A stretch of 63,840 nucleotides of DNA, the filler included, from an uncultured Methanosarcinales archaeon (GTDB lineage Archaea > Nanobdellota > Nanobdellia > Woesearchaeales > CAYSVS01), in NCBI GenBank assembly GCA_964434475.1. It is 8 parts of 8 records of this genome, joined end to end, with 100 filler letters (N's around TTAATTAATTAA, not from the genome) between each part and the next. Parts side by side here need not be neighbours in the genome. Positions count along the whole stretch, not along the records: positions 26,765 to 34,886 come from CAYSVS010000056.1; positions 34,987 to 43,040 come from CAYSVS010000057.1; 6 more parts are not named here. One strand, 5' to 3'. The first letter of the stretch is position 1. Each line of letters begins with the position of its first letter. Positions 28,584 through 38,905 of the stretch are shown piece by piece. The position numbers were made by a program, and so were the translations under genes. The notes under the pieces were generated by a model. It had not been told where the DNA came from, made no database searches, and saw nothing but the letters and a program-made list of their open reading frames with translations.

Positions 28584-29438
28584 TTACTCAAATTCCAGTC
28601 TGAATAGCAGTATTTTATGGTATAAGTTTTCAATCAATTCCTTATCCCATCTCTTTATTTTACGAACTATCTGATTTTTATTCAAGTTTAGATCCATCAA
28701 TTGATTTATTTTCAGCATCAGACCATATATTTTTTCTTTTGTATATTTTGACCTTGGTAGGTTTTGATTCAATATATCCATATTTATGCTTATTTTTTCG
28801 ATAGTGTTTTCATCTATTCTTTTTTTCTTTAATTCAGAAAGTATTGTTCTTTTTGCAGTTCCTTTTTTAAGTTCATCAAAAATAAATTCAATTATATTGG
28901 TGTTTTTTTTCTTTCTAATATTTTTCTTTGACTTTAATATTTTTTTATGTTCATGATATTTTTCATACCCTAAGAATATTATCAATAAGCTAACTATTAT
29001 GAAAAAGAGATATTTAGCGATATCGTATGTTTTCTGGTTTATCGCTGTTTTATCTTTTATTTTTAGTTTGATGTTCTGTTCTAATTTTATTTTATATTCT
29101 AAATTTTTTATTATTGGTTCCTTGCTTTCTATACTTAACTTAGGAGAATATTCTATAGGAAAAGCATTTTCAGAAACATCCAATTTTATTTCAATATAAT
29201 ATGGAACGTTTTTCTTTAATGTTGTTTTATTAGGATATATCTCAAACCACTCTTTATATTTGTCTTCTATCTTGAGTAAGAATGTGACATTATCATATCG
29301 CTTTTCTGTTAAAGCAAATCTTTTGCTGTATGTTTTTCCTGCTTCAACTTCTCCAAAATCTATATTCGATATAGATATGGCGGATGCATTTGGTATGATT
29401 ATCATACAAATAACAAGATAGAATATTAATTTATTCAT
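28584..29438 (-). CDS. Secreted single-pass membrane hypothetical protein
   Basis: Signal peptide, IDFGEV Ig-like domain, TM, basic cytoplasmic part. Confidence 0.7.
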   Translation of the reverse strand: MNKLIFYLVICMIIIPNASAISISNIDFGEVEAGKTYSKRFALTEKRYDNVTFLLKIEDKYKEWFEIYPNKTTLKKNVPYYIEIKLDVSENAFPIEYSPKLSIESKEPIIKNLEYKIKLEQNIKLKIKDKTAINQKTYDIAKYLFFIIVSLLIIFLGYEKYHEHKKILKSKKNIRKKKNTNIIEFIFDELKKGTAKRTILSELKKKRIDENTIEKISINMDILNQNLPRSKYTKEKIYGLMLKINQLMDLNLNKNQIVRKIKRWDKELIENLYHKILLFRLEFE

Positions 29439-30457
29439 TCTTTACCTTTGTGCTTAACAATCAATCTTTCAATATCTTGTTTTATACTTGTTTTCAATCT
29501 TGCTCCTATTATTTGAACGATTCTGCTTGCTGCATAGCTTCCAATCTTTCCGCACAATGCAATATCCTTATTATTGCTCAATCCGTAAAGAAAGCCTGCT
29601 GCAAACATATCTCCTGCACCCGTTGTATCTACAGCATCAACAGGAAATCCTGATATCTTATAGAGCATATCGCCTTTCTTGATCAAACTGCCGTCCTTGC
29701 CTATCTTGACGATTGCAATATTGCATAATTTAGCGATTTCATGCACTGCTTCTGTTGGTTCTAACTCAGTCAAAGCTTTTGCTTCTTCCTCGTTTACAAA
29801 AACTATGTCTGCATATGTTTTCACTATTGACAAAAGCTCTGCATGATTTCTTCTTATCAAGTTAGGGTCTGCTAGATCAATACTTATCTTAACGCTATTC
29901 GCTTTCGCTATATCCATGGCATGCAGTGCTGTTTCCTTCAGCAAAGGTTCTTCCAATTGATAGCCTGTAAGATGCAGGAATCCGCTTTGCTTTATATCAT
30001 CCTCAAATATGTCTTCTTTCATCAATTTTAGAGCAACTCCAAGATGTACTGCAAATGTCCTTTCACTGTCAGGAGTTATAAAACTGATAGCTTTACCTGT
30101 AATACCTTGAACCTTTGCAAGTCTATGTGCCATGCTTGCTTTATCTAATGTTTGCTCATAATACATTGCATGTTCATCCTCTCCTACTTTTCCGCAAAAG
30201 ACAACATTTCCGCCTAAATTAGCTATGCCTGCTAATGTGTTTGCAGTAGAATCTCCTGGAGCTATTTTAACATCAAACTCTTTTATCTTTTCCTGTATGT
30301 TTATCAATTGCTCTTCACTGACAAGATGCATGTTGCCCTTTTCAAGATTAAGTTCCATAAGCGTATTTTCATTTACTTTGATAATCATATCTACAAGCGG
30401 ATTTCCTATCCCTACGACATCATGTTTCATTTTATTATCACCTTGTTTTTTGATCAT
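29435..30457 (-). CDS. PfkB-family carbohydrate/adenosine kinase (start probably at MKHDV)
   Basis: GIGNPLVD, PGDSTANT, NEEEA, VDTTGAGDMFAAGF. Confidence 0.92.
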   Translation of the reverse strand: MIKKQGDNKMKHDVVGIGNPLVDMIIKVNENTLMELNLEKGNMHLVSEEQLINIQEKIKEFDVKIAPGDSTANTLAGIANLGGNVVFCGKVGEDEHAMYYEQTLDKASMAHRLAKVQGITGKAISFITPDSERTFAVHLGVALKLMKEDIFEDDIKQSGFLHLTGYQLEEPLLKETALHAMDIAKANSVKISIDLADPNLIRRNHAELLSIVKTYADIVFVNEEEAKALTELEPTEAVHEIAKLCNIAIVKIGKDGSLIKKGDMLYKISGFPVDAVDTTGAGDMFAAGFLYGLSNNKDIALCGKIGSYAASRIVQIIGARLKTSIKQDIERLIVKHKGKE

Positions 30458-30522
30458 GTGTTTTTTTTGATAAGCAATATATAAACTTAACCTATATCTT
30501 TTTTTTATATGGTGCTTTGTCT

Positions 30523-31530
30523 TTATTTGCTATATAATATATTATCTATGGCTTGCGATGCATAGTTGATATAATATTGTATGTTGCTTTTTTCATCAAA
30601 TAATTTTTGTGTATATTTTATCACGTTTTTGTTTCTGCATGCCATATTGCTTAAGTTTGCGTTTCTTTCTTGAAGCATATTTATTAATTTCTTGCAGTTC
30701 ATCTTATTATCCTGTGCATAAAAATATATCATGGGAGCTGTTATCGTAATATTTTTTATCTGTTTTTCTCTTATCTTAGCCCCTATATTTTTGACATTAT
30801 TTTTTTTATCATATACTATAGGATTTCCTATTGTCAGATAAGCTTTAGGCTCAACTTCATATTTATTTGGTGTTTTGGCTATCGCATATATGTCCATCAG
30901 AGCATTCAATAATCCTGCAATAGGTGGTGGAAATCTTTCTTTGTTCTTGATGTTTTTTTTAAAAGTCCAGTCTTCAAAAACCCTGCTGTAATCTATAGTG
31001 GCGGGATATATATATGTTTTTTTGCTGCTTGTCTTTAAAGCATTGCAAACCAGTTTTAATAATCCTGTTTCTGCTTCCTTTACAAACCCATCTTTTGTTC
31101 TTCCGTCTTGTATTGTTACGAATATTGGGTATTTGTTCAAGTCTGAATTTGTTAGCAGTTTCTTAAATCCTTTGATATACTCTCTGTTGCTTGTAATAAG
31201 CTTTCTGTCCACAGCTATCACACCTATCTTTCTTATATCCATAAGCAATGTCTTACCTATCAAAGGAGTAGTTATTCCAGGAATAAAAAGGTTTTTCCCT
31301 CCCAAAAATTTCATTATCTTATTCTTTTTCTTGTACATCGTATATCCTACTAAAATTTGATCTAGCTCGCTTCTGTGTGTAGGTACAATAATTATATTTG
31401 AATCTTCATCAACTATATTTTCTATGCCTTTTATCTCTATTCCTGAGAAAACTTTATTCAGATAATCTGTAACTCTTTTCTCCTCTAACTGGTAATATTT
31501 TTCATCTATGAGATCTTCTATTAGTTTCAT
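30523..31530 (-). CDS. PlsB-like glycerol-3-phosphate/DHAP acyltransferase (catalytic domain only)
   Basis: PTHRSELD (HX4D), GGKNL, QDGRTKDG, IYPATIDYSRVFED blocks. Confidence 0.82.
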   Translation of the reverse strand: MKLIEDLIDEKYYQLEEKRVTDYLNKVFSGIEIKGIENIVDEDSNIIIVPTHRSELDQILVGYTMYKKKNKIMKFLGGKNLFIPGITTPLIGKTLLMDIRKIGVIAVDRKLITSNREYIKGFKKLLTNSDLNKYPIFVTIQDGRTKDGFVKEAETGLLKLVCNALKTSSKKTYIYPATIDYSRVFEDWTFKKNIKNKERFPPPIAGLLNALMDIYAIAKTPNKYEVEPKAYLTIGNPIVYDKKNNVKNIGAKIREKQIKNITITAPMIYFYAQDNKMNCKKLINMLQERNANLSNMACRNKNVIKYTQKLFDEKSNIQYYINYASQAIDNILYSK

Positions 31531-32576
31531 TTTTTATAGTAATCTTCTTTGCTTCTTTTCAGAATATCATCGACAGCTGTTAAACAGTCCTTTTTATCGT
31601 ATATTACGTGATATGCTTCTTCTATGAATGGAGCTTTTATGCCGCAATTTTTCATTATTTTATATAGTGTACTTATAGTATCTGGTCCTTCTGGTCTTTG
31701 TTTTATTCTGTCAAAGTATTTTATTATCTGTTCGATGCTCTTTCCTTCCCCTATCATCCTTCCTACTTGGCTGTTTCTTCCTACTTTTGATGTAACATCA
31801 AGATCACCTATTCCTGCAGGACCTAAGATTGTTCTTTTTGATGATATTCTTCTATATTCTCCGAAATAATGTCTTGTTTTATCTAGTATGTATTCCATCT
31901 CTTTAAGCCTATATCTTAGAAGAGCAGATTCTGTGTTTTTTCCGAATCTTTTGTTTTTATTTTCCTTGCTTTTAACAAGATAATCTCCTATGCCTATTAT
32001 TATTGCATAAGCGTTCTTTAAAGCTCCGCAAACCTGTATTCCAACAATATCTTTGCTTGGCTCAAGTACAAAAAAATCTTTGTTGTAGAATAATCCTATC
32101 AAACCTTTTGCAAGCTTTTTTTTTCTTGATGCTAATGTGGTTTCTGTTATCACTTCTTTGTTTACTTCAACAGCTATATTTCCTCCGCTGATAGCTGCAA
32201 ATCTTTTTTCATCTATGTCTAGCTTATTTTCTAGATATTGGCTTGTTACCTTGATTTTATTCTTTATCTTAAGAAAACCTTTGGAAGCGCATATAGCTAT
32301 AGCTTTATCTTTTATGTTTTCTTTTTTTATCTTTTTTATTGTATCAGGCAGAAATTTAGTATTCACAGCAAATACAAGAAAATCTTTCTCAGCTATCGCT
32401 TCATTGATATCTTCTGTGATGTATATCTTTTTATCTGGTTTAAATTCAGGATATGTATGTGTCTTGTCATAAACCCACAACGTAACATCCTTGCCGTTTT
32501 TTGCAAGAATATTAGCTAATGTAATAGACCATGGTCCTCCTCCTATCTGTGCTATCTTTCTGTTGTTCATCTTCAA
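31527..32576 (-). CDS. gpsA: NAD(P)H-dependent sn-glycerol-3-phosphate dehydrogenase
   Basis: GGGPW, ASKG, SGGNIAVE, GALKNAYAI, AGIGDL, GRN, PEG. Confidence 0.9.
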   Translation of the reverse strand: MKMNNRKIAQIGGGPWSITLANILAKNGKDVTLWVYDKTHTYPEFKPDKKIYITEDINEAIAEKDFLVFAVNTKFLPDTIKKIKKENIKDKAIAICASKGFLKIKNKIKVTSQYLENKLDIDEKRFAAISGGNIAVEVNKEVITETTLASRKKKLAKGLIGLFYNKDFFVLEPSKDIVGIQVCGALKNAYAIIIGIGDYLVKSKENKNKRFGKNTESALLRYRLKEMEYILDKTRHYFGEYRRISSKRTILGPAGIGDLDVTSKVGRNSQVGRMIGEGKSIEQIIKYFDRIKQRPEGPDTISTLYKIMKNCGIKAPFIEEAYHVIYDKKDCLTAVDDILKRSKEDYYKK

Positions 32577-32587
32577 TAATCTAATCC

Positions 32588-33907
32588 TTAAATCTGATTT
32601 TTCTTATAGAGCAATACAGCATTGTGTCCGCCGAATCCTGCTGAGATTTTCATTCCGTATATGATTTCAGGAGCGCTTAATGTATTATTAGGTATTATAT
32701 TAAGACTACATTCAGGATCAAAATTACTATAGTTTGCAGTTGGCGGCAATGTTCCATATTTTAATGCAAGTGCCATAGCTATGAATTCAACAGCTCCTGT
32801 TGCTCCTAGCAGGTGTCCTGTATTTCCTTTTGTTGAGCTTATCCTTAGTTTCTCGGAATATTTTCCAAAAACATTCCTTAATGCTTTAGTTTCTGTTTTG
32901 TCATTTAGAGGAGTAGATGTTCCATGGCAATTGACATACAAAATGTCTGCAATATCTGCTGGTTTTAAACCTGCTTCTTCAATTGCACAATTTATCGCTT
33001 TACTTAATGATTTAGCTTCAGGATCGGGTTGTGTTGGATTCAATGCATCAGATGTTCCGCAATATCCTTCTATTGTCCCATATATGTCTGCTTTTCTTTT
33101 TTTTGCAGTTTTGTAATTTTCAAGAACAATAGCTCCTGCTCCTTCGCCCATAACAAATCCGTCTCTTTCTTTATCAAAAGGTCTGCTTGCAGTTTCAGGA
33201 TCTTCATTTCTCCTGCTTGTAGCTTCAGCATTTGCGAAAGACCCTATACCTATCTCAGTTATTGAAGCTTCACTTCCGCCTGTTACTGCCATCTTATATT
33301 TGTGAGGAAATGCTTTTATCTTTTCATAGCAATTGCCTATTGCGTGAGTAGAACTTGCGCACGCTGTAGTAATACAGGCTGTTTCTCCTTTTAAACCATA
33401 CATTTGAGATATTGTTCCTACTGCTGCATTTGCCATTATAGTTGAGATCAATGTAGGGCTTATTCTTTTTGCAGCAAGCATCTTATCAGATACATCTTTT
33501 CCTTCTTGTGATTTTTGTTTAAATATATATTTTTCAAACTCTTTGCATATTGTAGTTATTCCTCCTATTCCTGACGCGAATAACGAAAACTTATCGTATT
33601 CATTGTAATCCATAGAATCATGTTTAGCGTTTTCCATGGCTTCATTTGAGGCAACAATAGCATATTTGACAAAATCATCTAGTCTTCTGATGTTTATTCC
33701 TCTCTCTTTTTTAAGAAAATTTGAAAATTCTTTGTTAATACCAAAATCTTTTAACTCTGCTGCTAACTGTGTGTGGAAATTAGAAGCATCAAATTTAGTT
33801 ATTTTGTTTATCCCTACTTTTTTGTTCATCAAACTTTTCCAATAATCTTCTAAGTTGTTTCCTATAGGTGTAACAGCACCAAATCCTGTAACTGCAACTC
33901 TTGCCAT
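32588..33907 (-). CDS. fabF: Beta-ketoacyl-ACP synthase II
   Basis: RVAVTGFG, TACASS, SRPFDKERDGFVMGEGAG, HGTST, KGNTGHLLGA, GFGGHN (Cys-His-His intact). Confidence 0.93.
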   Translation of the reverse strand: MARVAVTGFGAVTPIGNNLEDYWKSLMNKKVGINKITKFDASNFHTQLAAELKDFGINKEFSNFLKKERGINIRRLDDFVKYAIVASNEAMENAKHDSMDYNEYDKFSLFASGIGGITTICKEFEKYIFKQKSQEGKDVSDKMLAAKRISPTLISTIMANAAVGTISQMYGLKGETACITTACASSTHAIGNCYEKIKAFPHKYKMAVTGGSEASITEIGIGSFANAEATSRRNEDPETASRPFDKERDGFVMGEGAGAIVLENYKTAKKRKADIYGTIEGYCGTSDALNPTQPDPEAKSLSKAINCAIEEAGLKPADIADILYVNCHGTSTPLNDKTETKALRNVFGKYSEKLRISSTKGNTGHLLGATGAVEFIAMALALKYGTLPPTANYSNFDPECSLNIIPNNTLSAPEIIYGMKISAGFGGHNAVLLYKKNQI

Positions 33908-34052
33908 AAAAATCCCTCCACAAATATTATATGGGGAACAACTTTTTGTTGGTTTTTAAATATTGTACAATCTTAAAATATATTATATAATATAAATATT
34001 GAACACTACAGTTAAAGTATGGCCAAATATAGAAATAAAAAAATAAAATATT

Positions 34053-34784
34053 CTATTCTTCTTTCTTTTCCTCTTTTTTTTCTTCTGCTTCTAAAGATTC
34101 GCCAGCTTCTAATTTTGGCGTTGATTCTTCTATCTCTTTATCAGCTTCATTAAGCAATTCCTGTGCTGTCTCTTTATGATTTTCTGGTGCTGGAGGTTCT
34201 TCAGCTGTTTTTTCTCCTTCTTGTTTTAGTTCTTCTTTATTTGTTTCTTCTGCTGGTTCTTCTTTATTTGTTTTTTCTGCTGGTTCTTCTTTTTTCTTTT
34301 CTTCTGATTCCTCTTTTTTAATGTGCAGAGCTTCTCCTACCTTTTCAGTCGCTTCATCTAATTTTTCTTTTATATCTTCTACAGTATCTTTGGCTTTTTC
34401 TAACATTCCTTCTTTTTCACTCTCTTGCTTTTTTTCTTCAGAATCTTCACTTTCTTTTTTCTTTTCTTCTTCTTTTTGTTCAGGCATATCTTCAGGAGGA
34501 TTTTCTACTGTTTTTTCTTTTTCTGTCTCTTCCGGCAGGTTAGCTTCAGAGATAGGTTCTTTTACATCTTTGGTAGGTTCATGATGTTGTGTTTCTTCTT
34601 CTTCCGATTTTTCAGAGTTTATATCTTCTGAAGCTTCATTTATAAGTTCTTGTGCGCTTTCTTCAGGTATTGTATCTTTTTCAGATTTAGATTTCTCTTC
34701 TTTCTCGAGTATTTCCTCTTCTTCTTCATATGCCATATAACATCCTCCGCATTTCTTACAAGGGTATTTTTCCATAATTATCAC
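34053..34784 (-). CDS. Highly acidic low-complexity protein with N-terminal CxxCxxC
   Basis: E/K-rich; internal KEEPAExTN repeat. Confidence 0.75.
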   Translation of the reverse strand: MIIMEKYPCKKCGGCYMAYEEEEEILEKEEKSKSEKDTIPEESAQELINEASEDINSEKSEEEETQHHEPTKDVKEPISEANLPEETEKEKTVENPPEDMPEQKEEEKKKESEDSEEKKQESEKEGMLEKAKDTVEDIKEKLDEATEKVGEALHIKKEESEEKKKEEPAEKTNKEEPAEETNKEELKQEGEKTAEEPPAPENHKETAQELLNEADKEIEESTPKLEAGESLEAEEKKEEKKEE

Positions 34785-34832
34785 CTAATGTTATCAGAAC
34801 AAACAAATCATATTAATATTTTTTGTTGTAGT

Positions 34833-34886
34833 GTATGTGCATAGCTAATAATTCTTGAAATCATCGCATCTATATTCTCCAGTACA
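34833..34886 (+). mobile_element. Left end of IS-like element B, preceded by target sequence GTTGTAGT (34825-34832)
   Basis: Starts with TIR GTATGTGCATAGCT; identical to the reverse complement of 8987-9040. Confidence 0.78.
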
Positions 34887-34986
34887 NNNNNNNNNNNNNN
34901 NNNNNNNNNNNNNNNNNNNNNNNNNNNNNNTTAATTAATTAANNNNNNNNNNNNNNNNNNNNNNNNNNNNNNNNNNNNNNNNNNNN

Positions 34987-35040
34987 ATGGACAAAACCCA
35001 TTTTATTCTTTAAAAGCTCTAATCTAAGCTATGCACATAC
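34987..35040 (+). mobile_element. Right end of IS-like element B (a different copy)
   Basis: Ends AGCTATGCACATAC; matches 59157-59208; its flank does not match 34825-34832. Confidence 0.75.
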
Positions 35041-35098
35041 AGATAATCAAAATATATTTAAATTAGATAATGTATTCTTTAATGTTGGGGGTATTATT

Positions 35099-36877
35099 TT
35101 GAAAAAAAAGAGTGTTTTGATAGTGATATTAATTTTTGCTGCATTTATACCTGTAGTTTGTGCTCCTCCTGAATTTCACAGTGTTTCAGGTACTGCTTAT
35201 GAATCAGATTGCAGCACAAAATATTCTGGTGTTGATATGACTATCTTGGATGAAGACAGCGATGATAGGCAGCATCTGAATGCTTTATCAGATCCGCCTT
35301 TTTTAGCAGGAACATATTCTACTCAAGTATATGGAAATGACGGAGACACGACTTATGTTTGGGCGTATAATGACAGCCACTATGGTGAACAGGTTATAAT
35401 TCTTGCAGGAGATCATTCTGATGTTGATGTATGTGTCAATATGACCAGGCCTGCAGAACCTAAAGTAACTATAGTCAGACCTGAAAAGGATGTAAACGTA
35501 AGTGAAGGAGATTTTATAGTAAATGTGACAATAGAAAACATAGGCTATACTTTGGGAACAAACTGTGCTGCATATATATCTTTTAATTCATCAGATATAG
35601 ATTTTGATAATGATACTGCGCAGCATAATCTTACAAATATTGCTGTAGGAAGTACAATCCAAACATATTGGAACCTTACAACAAAAACTCAAGGACATTA
35701 TAAAGTAACAGTAAATGCTACCTGTGACAATAGCACTAATCTTGAAAATTATACTGAAAGAAAACAAGATTTTGTTATTGTTTCGGATACTCAAGCGCCA
35801 AATATAACATTGGTTTCTCCTGCAAATGATTCTGTATGGGATACAAACAATTTAGTGATTTTTACATATAGTGTCAATGATAACAGCAAGATTGCCAACT
35901 GCAGCTTGTTTATAGATGGGACCTTAAATTCTACTAATTCTTCTATAACAAGAGATGAAAACCAAAGTTTTGAAGTAACTATGCCTAACGGTAACTATAC
36001 CTGGAAAGTACGATGTACAGATAATAGTTCGAATATCAACACAGGTGATTCAAAGACTTTTTCTTTAGGAGTAAATTACATATTCTATTTTTATGTTAAT
36101 AGTGTGGATCTTGATGATCTTGACGGGTTGGCTAATGGTATAGATCTGGAGTCTAACAATAAGTCTAGTGTAAACTGTTCTGGCAAAGCAGCTTTTTCAG
36201 AGGGCTGGAACAATATTAGTTCAGTAAGTGCGGTCATATTTGATGGAAATAATTCTTTCAGCTCTGATTCTGACGGCTATACAAAACACTATACAAACAG
36301 CAGCTGTCATACTTATAATATTAGTTCAACAGAATTGAATTTTGAATGTCTTTTTGATGTGTATTTTCATGCTAATCCTGGGCCATGGAAGTGCAATGCA
36401 ACAGCTACATTGAATAACGGATCTGATGCATACAACACTACATCTGAAACAATAAACGAATTATTGGCTATAGATATTGAAGAGTCTGAGGTTGATTTTG
36501 GAACTTTACAGGTAGGAAGTGACACAGGCGATAAGGATTATAATATAACCATAAAGAATTTAGGCAATATCGCCTTTAATCTTACCTTATATGCATACGG
36601 ACAGAATGTTTCAGATAATCTGTCTATGCTTTGTGAAACAAATAATATTACTGTGGAAAGCATAAAGTATTCTGGTGATACTGGACAGGATTATTCATCC
36701 AAAACATCTTGTCTTAAGGATGGCAATAGTTTTTCGTTAAATTTAAATAAGCAGACAAGCGATACAAGCACAGAACCTACAAATAAAACTATGTATTGGG
36801 GGATGGGTATTCCTTCAGATACTGCTGTTACAGGACAATGTTCAGGATATGTTAATATTCAAGCAAACAGGCCGTGA
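35099..36877 (+). CDS. Secreted multi-Ig-like surface glycoprotein
   Basis: Signal peptide; DTQAPNITLVSP...CSLFIDG...GNYTWKVRC; many sequons. Confidence 0.85.
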   Translation: MKKKSVLIVILIFAAFIPVVCAPPEFHSVSGTAYESDCSTKYSGVDMTILDEDSDDRQHLNALSDPPFLAGTYSTQVYGNDGDTTYVWAYNDSHYGEQVIILAGDHSDVDVCVNMTRPAEPKVTIVRPEKDVNVSEGDFIVNVTIENIGYTLGTNCAAYISFNSSDIDFDNDTAQHNLTNIAVGSTIQTYWNLTTKTQGHYKVTVNATCDNSTNLENYTERKQDFVIVSDTQAPNITLVSPANDSVWDTNNLVIFTYSVNDNSKIANCSLFIDGTLNSTNSSITRDENQSFEVTMPNGNYTWKVRCTDNSSNINTGDSKTFSLGVNYIFYFYVNSVDLDDLDGLANGIDLESNNKSSVNCSGKAAFSEGWNNISSVSAVIFDGNNSFSSDSDGYTKHYTNSSCHTYNISSTELNFECLFDVYFHANPGPWKCNATATLNNGSDAYNTTSETINELLAIDIEESEVDFGTLQVGSDTGDKDYNITIKNLGNIAFNLTLYAYGQNVSDNLSMLCETNNITVESIKYSGDTGQDYSSKTSCLKDGNSFSLNLNKQTSDTSTEPTNKTMYWGMGIPSDTAVTGQCSGYVNIQANRP

Positions 36878-36880
36878 GGG

Positions 36881-38473
36881 GTGAAAAAAATGAAAAAAAT
36901 GAAAAAGACGATTATTTATTTTTTAATGACAATCTTTTTGATAGGTTGTGTTGATGCAACAGGTGTTGCTATTTCTCCTGGAACCATAGATTTTGGAGAT
37001 ATGGTCAAGGGAGGTTATGCTGAGGCAAGGGTCAGGATAAGTACAACAAAAGATATAGGGACTTTTAATAGGCGGATGAGTCCTTTAAGTGAAACTCCTG
37101 AATGGATAACTTTTGCACCTGATGAAAAAAGTTTTGAGGTTGAAAAGGGTTATCCTGAATATATCAAAATAAAGATTAATGTGCCTAATGACGCTAGAAA
37201 CGGATTTTATGAAAACAGGGTAAGTTTTTTGATGGAAAAAGAGCCGGATGAAATGGAAACAGGTGTTTCTTTAATCCCTAGTGTAGGAGTAGATGTAAAT
37301 ATAAATGTTACAGATACGCAAATACTTAAATGTAATGTTAACAGTTTATCTATTGCTGATGCGGAATTTAAGAAGTCCCTTTCTTTAAGTGCTGAAATTA
37401 AGAACACAGGAAACGTAAGGATATTGCCTGAAGCAAGGATAAAAATATGGGATTCAAACAAAGAAAATATAGTTTCTGAAAAAACCGTATTGTTTGATGA
37501 AATTTTAGCTACTGTTCTTTCCAATCAAAAATTAAGTGTTGAAAATGAACTAGATGAAGGCCAGTATTGGGCAGACATGTCTGTGGACCAATGCGGTTTC
37601 AGCACAGTATCTGAATTTGATGTATTTGGAGAAGGTGCCTTGAAAGCAGATGGAGAAATACTAAGGCTTGAAAGGATGAGCTGGATGGAAGTTGGACAGA
37701 TAACGCCTATCTCTGTATATTTCAAGAATACTGGTGAAAAAGCATATGATGCAGTGTTCAAAGGAACCATAGAATCATATGGAGAGATAATTCAAGTACT
37801 TGAATCTGAAAAATTAAAAATAGATAAGGGAGATATAGAGATATTTGAGATGTATTGGACTCCTGAAAAACCAGGAAGATACGGGGTATATGGTTCGGTC
37901 TATTATGACAATAAAAAAACATCTGAATTTAACAGCAACATAAATGTAAACTCTGCTTTTGACAAAGATCTTGTTCCTGAACATATACGTACCCTGCTTG
38001 ATGCAGATGTAAGCTCTGGAACAAAAGATGAGATAGAAAGATTAATTGATGTTGTTGAATCTGATCCTGATTCAAAACTGAATGTTTTCAGAAAGATAGA
38101 TCTTAATCCTGTGGAAGATGAAGATTATAAAAGCAAGGTTACTTTGTTGTTCAAAGCTGAAGAAGATATGGATAATGTAAGGATACTTGAAGCACTGCCA
38201 AAAAGCATAGTGGAAAACACAGACGATATAAAGTTCTTGGAAAGCGGATATACTATCTTAGAAAAGGATCCTATCTTTTATTGGGATCTCGGTAAAGTGA
38301 AAAAAGGAGAGATAAAGAAAGTCAATTACCTTATCAAGGATGAAGTGCGGAAAATAGAGCTTGATGTTTTTGGAGTAAAAACAGGTAAAATGTCTTGGAT
38401 CACTGCTAAAAATCTTTTGATAGCTATTGTTGTTGTGTTGGCGTTCATAACATTTACAAAGAAAAAGAGCTAA
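36881..38473 (+). CDS. Surface protein with Ig-like domains and C-terminal TM anchor
   Basis: Signal peptide, GVAISP, KNTGNV, WTPEKPGRY, terminal TM plus KKKS. Confidence 0.85.
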   Translation: MKKMKKMKKTIIYFLMTIFLIGCVDATGVAISPGTIDFGDMVKGGYAEARVRISTTKDIGTFNRRMSPLSETPEWITFAPDEKSFEVEKGYPEYIKIKINVPNDARNGFYENRVSFLMEKEPDEMETGVSLIPSVGVDVNINVTDTQILKCNVNSLSIADAEFKKSLSLSAEIKNTGNVRILPEARIKIWDSNKENIVSEKTVLFDEILATVLSNQKLSVENELDEGQYWADMSVDQCGFSTVSEFDVFGEGALKADGEILRLERMSWMEVGQITPISVYFKNTGEKAYDAVFKGTIESYGEIIQVLESEKLKIDKGDIEIFEMYWTPEKPGRYGVYGSVYYDNKKTSEFNSNINVNSAFDKDLVPEHIRTLLDADVSSGTKDEIERLIDVVESDPDSKLNVFRKIDLNPVEDEDYKSKVTLLFKAEEDMDNVRILEALPKSIVENTDDIKFLESGYTILEKDPIFYWDLGKVKKGEIKKVNYLIKDEVRKIELDVFGVKTGKMSWITAKNLLIAIVVVLAFITFTKKKS

Positions 38474-38743
38474 GGTTTTTTTATTTTTTTTAACTTTTGA
38501 TGTGTTTTTACACGTGAAAATCTTATTGTTAGTCACCAGGTGTATTTTTGTTTTTAAGTGGTTATTTATTTAGTTATTTTTATTGTTTGTTATTTTAATT
38601 ACTTTCTTATTTTTCTTTTTTAGTTATTTAATTTATTAGTTATTTAGTTTATTAGTTTTTTTATTAAAAAAAATAGAAACATATATAAATAACTAAGTAT
38701 ATATGTTATAAAAATATCTGAAAAAAAAGAGATTCGAATAGTA

Positions 38744-38905
38744 ATGGCAAGGGTTAATGTAAAAATACCGGATGATGTACATACTAAAGCTAAACTTATT
38801 TCTATACTTAAAAGACAAACCCTGAACGATTTTTTAGAAAAAGCTATCGCTTCTGCAGTCGAAAAAGACAAGAGCATAATCAAGAAACTAGGTGATAAGC
38901 AATGA
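38744..38905 (+). CDS. Ribbon-helix-helix protein, 53 aa (MARVNVKIPDDVHTKAKLISILKRQTLNDFLEKAI...)
   Basis: Hand-translated; beta-alpha-alpha pattern; ATGA overlap with the next gene. Confidence 0.8.
   Translation: MARVNVKIPDDVHTKAKLISILKRQTLNDFLEKAIASAVEKDKSIIKKLGDKQ

Noticed and set aside
34833..35040. Left and right IS ends facing each other across one linker as a single insertion
   Set aside because: The flanks differ (GTTGTAGT vs AGATAATC); the matching right end is at 59157-59208
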